DNA from: Nitrospirota bacterium
Lineage (GTDB): Bacteria; Nitrospirota; Nitrospiria; Nitrospirales; Nitrospiraceae
NCBI GenBank assembly: GCA_032123755.1
Contig: JAQBES010000043.1
Coordinates: forward strand, 17,238 to 81,237
DNA length: 64,000 nucleotides
Reading direction: 5' to 3'
The notes under the pieces are model-generated. The model had not been told where the DNA came from, searched no databases, and was given only the letters and a program-made list of their open reading frames with translations. How positions within the stretch are numbered: the first letter of the stretch is position 1; each line of letters starts with the position of its first letter. The translations under genes were made by a program, and so were the position numbers. Of this stretch, positions 57,597-64,000 are shown in pieces.

Positions 57597-58714
57597 TCGT
57601 CCATCCGTCTCCATCTCAAACCAGCATGTCCGATCCGCCGCCGACGGTTCCGCCCGTTCCGGTGCGAATGTACGAGGGGATGGCATCGTGGCAGGCCCTG
57701 CGTGCGCGTCGGTGGTATGCGGTGATCGGAGGCATGATGCTTCTGACGTTCGGCGCCATCGTGTTCTGTCTCCAGTTCGGGGCGCATGCGCTGACCATGG
57801 CGGAGGTGTGGTCTGCTCTGACATTCTCGACGGCTGGGAGGGAAGATGTGGCTCGCGTAATCATCTGGGACATTCGGTTCCCTCGAATCCTGATGGGTCT
57901 GTTTGTGGGAGCGTCGTTGGCGATTACAGGAGCCGCGCTGCAAGCACTTGTACGTAACCCGCTGGCCGATCCCTACGTGCTTGGCATCTCGAGTGGGGCC
58001 GCGTTGGGTGCGACGATTGGGCTCGCTCTCGGACTTGGCGCGATAGTGGGCGGCCTCGGTTTACCGCTGTTTGCCTTCATCGGAGGGGGAGTCTCAATCG
58101 TCCTTGTCTATGGGATCGCGACCTCGCAAGGACAGTTACCGATGCACCAGCTGTTGTTGGCGGGAGTGATTGTGAACGCCGTCTGTTCGGCACTCATGAT
58201 GTTTGCGACCTCGATCTTGAATCCGGCCTCGCTCTATCGGGTTGTCTTGTGGCTGATGGGGACGCTGAGTGCCCCAAGCATCCCAGCGCTGATCGGGATT
58301 GGAGCCTGCTTGTTGATCGCCATTGTGCTGCTCCTTCGGGAAAGCCAGGCTTTGAATCTACTGGCTGTGGGCGAGGACGCGGCTCGCTCCTTGGGGGTAG
58401 ACTCGGATCGAGTACAACGGACTGTGTTCCTTGTTTCGGCTGTGCTGACTGGGGCAGTCGTGTCGGTCAGCGGCATGATCGGATTCGTCGGCATGGTGGT
58501 TCCGCATGTCGTACGGATACTGTGCGGGGCGGATCACCGGCTGCTGCTACCGGTTTCAGCGTTGGGCGGAGGTATCCTGCTGATGGTGGCTGATACCGTC
58601 GCGCGTACGGTTGTGGCACCGGCAGAAATTCCTGTCGGAGTGATTACCGCATTGATCGGTGGACCGTTCTTTATCTATCTCCTGATGACTCGAAAGTATC
58701 GGTTTTTCGCATGA
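57593..58714 (+). CDS. btuC: FecCD-family ABC permease (BtuC-like)
   Basis: I.WDIRFPRIL.G...GA.LA..GA.LQ...RNPLADPY.LGISSGA and the C-terminal PVGVITALIGGPFF.YLL. ATGA overlap. Confidence 0.85.
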   Translation: MIVHPSPSQTSMSDPPPTVPPVPVRMYEGMASWQALRARRWYAVIGGMMLLTFGAIVFCLQFGAHALTMAEVWSALTFSTAGREDVARVIIWDIRFPRILMGLFVGASLAITGAALQALVRNPLADPYVLGISSGAALGATIGLALGLGAIVGGLGLPLFAFIGGGVSIVLVYGIATSQGQLPMHQLLLAGVIVNAVCSALMMFATSILNPASLYRVVLWLMGTLSAPSIPALIGIGACLLIAIVLLLRESQALNLLAVGEDAARSLGVDSDRVQRTVFLVSAVLTGAVVSVSGMIGFVGMVVPHVVRILCGADHRLLLPVSALGGGILLMVADTVARTVVAPAEIPVGVITALIGGPFFIYLLMTRKYRFFA

Positions 58715-59610
58715 GCCAACAGGCATTGGTCAGTTCAATTTGCTCTCCTCTCCCGGCCTTCGAGGTACGTCAGCTATCGTTCCGGTATGACTCTGTGCGA
58801 AGCCGTCCGTTTGGTGACCGCTCAAACTGGGTCATCAATGGAATAGAGCTCACTATCCGTCAGGGTGAGATCGTCGGTGTGATTGGGCCCAACGGGTCGG
58901 GGAAAAGTTCGTTGCTGAAGCTGTTGACGAGGCTGGTTCGACATCAAGAGGGAACCATACGTTTGTTCGGGGCTGAGCTAGGAACATTGTCGCGCGAATC
59001 AATTTCCAGGCAGGTGGCGTATATGCCACAGGATCTCTCGTACGACTTCCCATTTTCCGTATTAGACATGGTGTTGATGGGGCGGTTCCCCTATCGACGC
59101 AGTGGGCTGTGGAACCTCGTGGGGTGGGAGCGGCAAGATGATCTTGCCGTAGCAGAAGAGGCCATGGCCCAGACGGATGTGACGCATCTAGCCACCCGGA
59201 TGATCGCTACGCTTTCAGCAGGGGAGCGACAACGCGTGCTGCTCGCGCGTGCCTTAGCCCAGGTGCCTCGCGTGCTCATGCTCGATGAGCCGACCGCGCA
59301 TCTCGACCTCAATCATCAGCTCGACGTGTGCCGGATCCTCCAGCGTGTTCATGCGCAATTGCAGATGACAGTGCTACTCGTCTCACATGACATCAATTTG
59401 GCAAGTCAATACTGTGATCGTATTCTGGTCATGAAACAGGGAACCGTTGTGTGCATCGGCCCTCCACAGGACGTGATTCATCCGCGGGTCTTGACCGAGG
59501 TCTATGGGTGTCAGGTGCTGGTCGACACGCATCCGGATACGGGGTTACCGCGAGTCTCTTTGCCCGCTCAAGACCGTCATCAGACTGTTGCCGCATCTGG
59601 GATGTTGTGA
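58711..59610 (+). CDS. btuD: ABC transporter ATP-binding protein (BtuD/FepC-like)
   Basis: Walker A GPNGSGKSS, the signature LSAGERQRV, Walker B LMLDEPTAHLD, and the H-loop SHD. Confidence 0.88.
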   Translation: MSQQALVSSICSPLPAFEVRQLSFRYDSVRSRPFGDRSNWVINGIELTIRQGEIVGVIGPNGSGKSSLLKLLTRLVRHQEGTIRLFGAELGTLSRESISRQVAYMPQDLSYDFPFSVLDMVLMGRFPYRRSGLWNLVGWERQDDLAVAEEAMAQTDVTHLATRMIATLSAGERQRVLLARALAQVPRVLMLDEPTAHLDLNHQLDVCRILQRVHAQLQMTVLLVSHDINLASQYCDRILVMKQGTVVCIGPPQDVIHPRVLTEVYGCQVLVDTHPDTGLPRVSLPAQDRHQTVAASGML

Positions 59611-59689
59611 GTTTCATGTGTGCGGGTGAGGTTTCGTACCCAACCAGCCCGTTGGTTCCAGGGGGTACTGTTTAACCAGGGAGAAAGGT

Positions 59690-59925
59690 CGTTCGAGTCA
59701 ACATACCGTTGGGGACGGGGAAGATGGTGCAAATCCATCACGGTACCGCCACTGTAAGCGGGGAGTGACTCTGCATGAATGCCACTGTCGTGATGACGTG
59801 AATCGGTAGTCGTGAACCGTTAATCGCAAGAATTGATCTTCTCGATTAACGAATAACGATTTACGATTCACGTCTCCAGATGGGAAGGCGCAGGGAAGCG
59901 ACGAGCCGCAAGTCAGGAGACCCAT
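59690..59925 (+). promoter_or_regulatory. Cobalamin (B12) riboswitch 2
   Basis: GGGGAAGATGGTGCAAATCCATCACGGTACCGCCACTGTAAGCGGGGAG, GCCACTG, GGGAAGGC, and the B12 box AAGTCAGGAGACC at about 59909-59922. Boundaries are approximate. Confidence 0.88.
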
Positions 59926-59971
59926 TCAACGGGCATTTCGACTGGACCCTTCGAGTCTAAGGGAGGTCTCT

Positions 59972-62017
59972 GTGCGTATACATCTTACGGGTCTGTCTGT
60001 TTGTATTGTCCTGTTTTTCTGCCTTGTTACTTCCATCAGCCATGCCCAGTCAGAAGATGTGCTTGAGACGCGTGAAGTCGTCGTCTCCAGTACACGTCTT
60101 CCTGATGCACCTGTCGATGCCAGAACGCTTCCGGCAAAAGTGACCGTCATCACGGCCGAAGATATTCGCAAGAGCGGCGCAAGGACGGTACAAGAAGCTG
60201 TCCAATGGGCGACAGGCATCGTAATGTATGATCAAGTCGGGAACGCGTTTCAGCAGACGATTGACATGCGTGGGTTCAGCGGAGCGCCGGTTCCCGCAAC
60301 GTCCGTTTTTCTGGACGGGGTGCGAGTAAATGAGCCTGACTTTAACTCTGTCAATTTTGATCTTGTGCCCCTGGAAACGATAGAACGAATTGAAATATTT
60401 CCAAACTCATCGGCGGTCTTTGGCAAGAACGCATTAGGAGGAACCATTAACCTTACTACCAAACGTGGCGGAGAAACTCGGTCGGTTACCGGAGAGACGG
60501 CGTTTGGAAGTTTTAATCGCGAACGGTCCACGATCACTGTGGGCGGACCGGTTGGAAAGTTTGACTATTTCTCCAGCTTCAGCAGGGAAAGCGAGGATGG
60601 ATATCGAAGAGATACGAGCGCTAACATTTCCCGTTTCTTTGGAAAAGTTGGTTATCACGATGGAGAACAAACGGACATCACAGTGTCCTATGCGTATGTA
60701 AACGACAAACTGTTTCAAGCAGGCCAACTAACCTTGGCGCAATTAGCTCAAGACCGGCGACAGAATGCGACCCCCGGAAGTTTCATCGACAATGAGAACA
60801 GTTTCATTAGGGTCAATGCGCGGCACCGGCTGCCATGGGGGCTGTCACTGAGCGCGAATTTCTTCTATCGGAAACTCACGCAGGACTCTTTCGTGAATTT
60901 TGGAGGGGGATTTTCCAATACCACTGTGATTGAAACCGATTCTCGGGGCGGAGTATTGCAACTGGGGCATGAGTTGGAAATGTGGGGATTAAAGAACTCG
61001 TTGGTATTGGGAGTGGAGTTTACACGAAATGACTTCAATGGAACCTCCGTTGGGCTGACAGGTTCAAGATCGCTAACCGATGAGGATATCGTTGCCTTTT
61101 ATGCGCAGGATACCCTGCATGTGACGCCGCGACTGAGTTTCATTGGCGGTGTGCGTTACGATCACGATCAGATTGGATTTAACGAGCTGCTCAATACGCG
61201 TCCGGACGGGAATGTTCGATTTGGCGGCGTTACGCCAAGAGGAGGAGTAACCTATCTGGTCACCCCATTAACGAGCATCTATTTCACTTACAGTCAGGGA
61301 TTTCGCGTTCCTACTGCACAAGAGATGTTTGCATTTTCTCCCTTTACATCAAATCCTAATTTGAGTCCTGCTCGATCACAGTCCTACGAGGTAGGCCTAA
61401 AAGGGAAGCTTTTTGATCAAATCGACTATGCTATCGCTGCCTTTCAAACCAATGTACGAAATGAGATTCAGTTCACGTGCATTCTGTGCACCGGTGCGTT
61501 TGGGGATGGCATCAATCGGAACATCGGCCAGACAAGGAGACGGGGGATCGAAGCTACGATCAAAACCCGAGTGAATGAGTATGCCGGCCTCGAACTCAAC
61601 TATACTTATGTAGATGCGCGATTCAGGCAGCGAGAAGTATTTAGCGCAACGAATATTGCTGATATCGGAGACTCTATCCCTTTGGTACCAAAGAATCGCT
61701 TTAGCGTTATTGGGAGTGTGTATCCTGCTCCAGGCTGGACGGCTTCACTTATTGGATTGTACGTCAGTACACAGTTTGCGCAAGGTGATGAGGCAAACTC
61801 ATTTGAACGGATCTCAGGTTATTTCATGCTGAACGGGCGGCTGGCATATGAAACGAAAGTTACAGGTGGGAGACTGAGCGCGTACCTACTCTTGAACAAT
61901 CTGACGAACTCTGAATATTCTACATTTGGCACAGCGAGTGCGTTCGGACGCACCTTTGTTCCTGCTCAGACGATTTCGATTTTCGGAGGGGTTAGCTATA
62001 GGTTTGAAGGTCTTTAA
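59972..62017 (+). CDS. btuB: TonB-dependent outer membrane receptor (BtuB-like by context)
   Basis: Signal peptide, the TonB-box-like EVVVSSTR, plug motifs (IERIEI..NSSAVFG.NALGGTINL.TKRG) and a long beta-barrel. GTG start with SD AAGGGAGG. Lies directly behind riboswitch 2. Confidence 0.85.
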   Translation: MRIHLTGLSVCIVLFFCLVTSISHAQSEDVLETREVVVSSTRLPDAPVDARTLPAKVTVITAEDIRKSGARTVQEAVQWATGIVMYDQVGNAFQQTIDMRGFSGAPVPATSVFLDGVRVNEPDFNSVNFDLVPLETIERIEIFPNSSAVFGKNALGGTINLTTKRGGETRSVTGETAFGSFNRERSTITVGGPVGKFDYFSSFSRESEDGYRRDTSANISRFFGKVGYHDGEQTDITVSYAYVNDKLFQAGQLTLAQLAQDRRQNATPGSFIDNENSFIRVNARHRLPWGLSLSANFFYRKLTQDSFVNFGGGFSNTTVIETDSRGGVLQLGHELEMWGLKNSLVLGVEFTRNDFNGTSVGLTGSRSLTDEDIVAFYAQDTLHVTPRLSFIGGVRYDHDQIGFNELLNTRPDGNVRFGGVTPRGGVTYLVTPLTSIYFTYSQGFRVPTAQEMFAFSPFTSNPNLSPARSQSYEVGLKGKLFDQIDYAIAAFQTNVRNEIQFTCILCTGAFGDGINRNIGQTRRRGIEATIKTRVNEYAGLELNYTYVDARFRQREVFSATNIADIGDSIPLVPKNRFSVIGSVYPAPGWTASLIGLYVSTQFAQGDEANSFERISGYFMLNGRLAYETKVTGGRLSAYLLLNNLTNSEYSTFGTASAFGRTFVPAQTISIFGGVSYRFEGL

Positions 62018-62051
62018 CAGATGTGCCTGCTCATATGAGGGGACTGCGAAT

Positions 62052-62642
62052 ATGCGCATCACCAAAGTCTACACAAGAACCGGTGACAAGGGGAAAACCA
62101 GGTTGGCTGGAGGGCAACAAGTATGGAAGGACAGCGTGCGGGTGGAGGCCTATGGGGACGTGGACGAATTGAACTCGACGATCGGAGTTGTCAGGGCGTT
62201 TAATGCGGAGTTGGTCGGGATTCATCCGTCTGCCGATCAGTTAGAAGAGGAACTGCGCTGGATGCAGAACAAGCTGTTTGATCTTGGTGGGTTGCTGGCC
62301 ACGGCGCCCGGGCAGACGTTCAAAAATATGCCGACGGTCACAGCCCGGGACGTGACCAGGCTGGAAAAACTCATGGATAGGTGTCAGAAAGACTTGCCGC
62401 CCCTGAAGGAATTTATTCTTCCAGGGGGCGGGAAGATTTCAAGCTTGTTACACCAGGCCAGAACGATCTGTCGACGGGCTGAACGTCTCTGTGTGCGATT
62501 GGGGAGAGAAGAGCCTCTGGATCCGGCTCTCGTGCGTTTTCTGAATCGCCTCAGCGACGCATTGTTTGTTTTGGCCCGCTGGACGGCTAAGCAGCAAAGT
62601 GAGCCGGAGTTTTTATGGCAACGGGACTCGAGGGGCGCGTGA
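62052..62642 (+). CDS. PduO-type ATP:cob(I)alamin adenosyltransferase
   Basis: MRITKVYTRTGDKGKT.L..G..V.K....VEAYG.VDELNS and FILPGG. I chose the internal ATG at 62052. Confidence 0.88.
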   Translation: MRITKVYTRTGDKGKTRLAGGQQVWKDSVRVEAYGDVDELNSTIGVVRAFNAELVGIHPSADQLEEELRWMQNKLFDLGGLLATAPGQTFKNMPTVTARDVTRLEKLMDRCQKDLPPLKEFILPGGGKISSLLHQARTICRRAERLCVRLGREEPLDPALVRFLNRLSDALFVLARWTAKQQSEPEFLWQRDSRGA

Positions 62643-63218
62643 AATGTGACCTTTGAATCCCGTCTTTTTAGTGGATTTAGACGACCTAGAACGACACGAT
62701 CGCTTGTTGGGTGGTGGGGCGAGACCCATAGCGAAATAGATTCTTGTCGTATGTGTCGTATTGAAACTCGGCTCGTGTAATCAGTGACGGTACCGATCTG
62801 TACTGGAACGGGGGGTCGCTCGGATAGTCATCGGGGCCCGCGAGCTCCTTCCGTTCGATCAGCATCACCGCGTCGAGCGTCTGCACTGAGCCTGTCGAAG
62901 GGCCTTCCTGTCAGAGCAGATTAGAAGCCAGCATCCCAAACATCCGTCCATTGCGCGAGATTGCCCCCAATCTCGCCATGGCCTGCCTACTTTTTCTGAG
63001 CGCATACGGCTGGAATCCGGCGAGGAGTGGTGTGCTCTCCAGGGACTGCTTGTCCCGCGATTACGCACATGGCCGATGAGGGTCAGATATTCGGAAGATG
63101 TCGAATTTGTCGATTCTCTTGCCAATGGCAAATGACCGGTTACACTCAAGTTTCAGTGACGCTAGTTCAAAGGATCAGTGACCAAGAGTGACAACCGGTT
63201 GACCTGACGCAAGGATGA

Positions 63219-63950
63219 ATGACTGTGCGTATTTTCATGATGTTGGCGGTAGGAATGACGGCGATCCCGTTGGCGTGGAGTGCTCCGGCGGGAGCTGGGA
63301 ATGAGGCGGAAGTGGCGGAGCACTTGATTGAGTTGGTCAAGATTGGCCGTGGGATCGTCTCCGAGCAAATGCAGAATATCAATGACCCTTCGAAGGGCGA
63401 CAAGGGGTTTACCGGCGATTACATGAGCCGGCAGGTACTAGAACGTTTTAAGGAAGTCACGAAACTTGATCTGCGGATTCCCAACGTCGTGCCACAGGCG
63501 AATCTCTACCTTTCCTTAGTTCAAGTGGAAAAAGAAGTGGTGGACCAAGCCCAGCCGGTCATTAACAAGGCCGGCATCTCCTTTAAGGGATTCATTCCCG
63601 TCGTGTTCGCCAGGAGAGTCGGAGAGCAGTTCTATAAGAAGTCTGGTGTCCGTGTGAAGCTTACGGCGATCGACTATCGGAATGCCAATAATAAGCCGGA
63701 TGATTTTGAGACGGAGGTGCTGCGGATGTTCGGCGATCCGCGTCATCCCAAGGGACAGTCCTATGTGCGGAGTACAATGGTAGACGGACGACCAGTCCTT
63801 CGTATGATAGACCCAGAATATGCCGCCACGACTTGCCTGGCTTGTCATGGTGGACCCAAAGGCGCGCGCGATGTGACGGGCATGAGAAAAGAAGGATTGA
63901 AGGAAGGGGATTTAGCCGGGGCGATCAGTATCGTGCTGCCGCTGAAATAG
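63219..63950 (+). CDS. DUF3365 (Tll0287-like) domain protein with c-type heme motif
   Basis: Signal peptide MTVRIFMMLAVGMTAIPLAWSAPAGA. The layout ends in CLACHG (CXXCH) and DLAGAISIVLP, as in DUF3365 proteins. Confidence 0.65.
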   Translation: MTVRIFMMLAVGMTAIPLAWSAPAGAGNEAEVAEHLIELVKIGRGIVSEQMQNINDPSKGDKGFTGDYMSRQVLERFKEVTKLDLRIPNVVPQANLYLSLVQVEKEVVDQAQPVINKAGISFKGFIPVVFARRVGEQFYKKSGVRVKLTAIDYRNANNKPDDFETEVLRMFGDPRHPKGQSYVRSTMVDGRPVLRMIDPEYAATTCLACHGGPKGARDVTGMRKEGLKEGDLAGAISIVLPLK

Positions 63951-64000
63951 CGTCAGAAGATCGGACCAGACAGAGTTTGAGATAGCATACCTATACGTTA

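Noticed and set aside
62686-62886. The 66-aa minus-strand ORF as a real gene.
   Set aside because: I did not list it as a feature. It has a GTG start without a convincing SD and no recognisable family. It is kept as an open question in the findings.

Overview
This is a 64-kb chromosomal window, moderately GC-rich, tightly packed and almost entirely coded on the + strand. I cannot assign a taxon from sequence alone.

Gene content from left to right:
- rplM (partial), two tandem DUF151/BFN nuclease-like paralogs, a YggX-like gene and tRNA-Leu(CAA).
- An orphan secreted protein with a near-consensus promoter and a strong terminator, a TusA-like gene and rsmI.
- A heme/tetrapyrrole operon: ccsA-like, hemA, hemC, a cobA-hemD fusion, a CBS gene and hemB.
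- ribF-tilS-hpt-ftsH-folP-glmM, then comEC.
- A roughly 26-kb co-directional Wzx/Wzy-type polysaccharide locus (20.6-46.8 kb).
- mtnA, ndk, a TPR/GH-like lipoprotein, gcvH-lpd, comEA-tyrS, tRNA-Gly(CCC), rpmB, a SemiSWEET gene and a 470-aa orphan exported protein.
- A cobalamin uptake/adenosylation regulon driven by two paralogous cobalamin riboswitches (btuFCD-like, a TonB receptor, a PduO-type adenosyltransferase).
- A DUF3365 heme-c protein.

I saw no rRNA, CRISPR array, transposase, integrase or phage genes.

There are two best candidates for undescribed biology.
1. The polysaccharide locus. It is headed by an RHH protein and an HD-GYP protein. It carries five class-I methyltransferase-fold genes, a decayed glycosyltransferase, a fused GT4-GT4 enzyme, an AsnB amidotransferase, an exported PHP-fold protein and a WbqC/PIG-L/DegT/WecA amino-sugar module.
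2. A recurring, unexplained hairpin architecture in which both arms are short tandem repeats. Hexads flank the lipoprotein gene, octads sit upstream of lpd, and heptads lie inside both B12 riboswitches.

All protein calls rest on motif recognition by eye. No database search was run.
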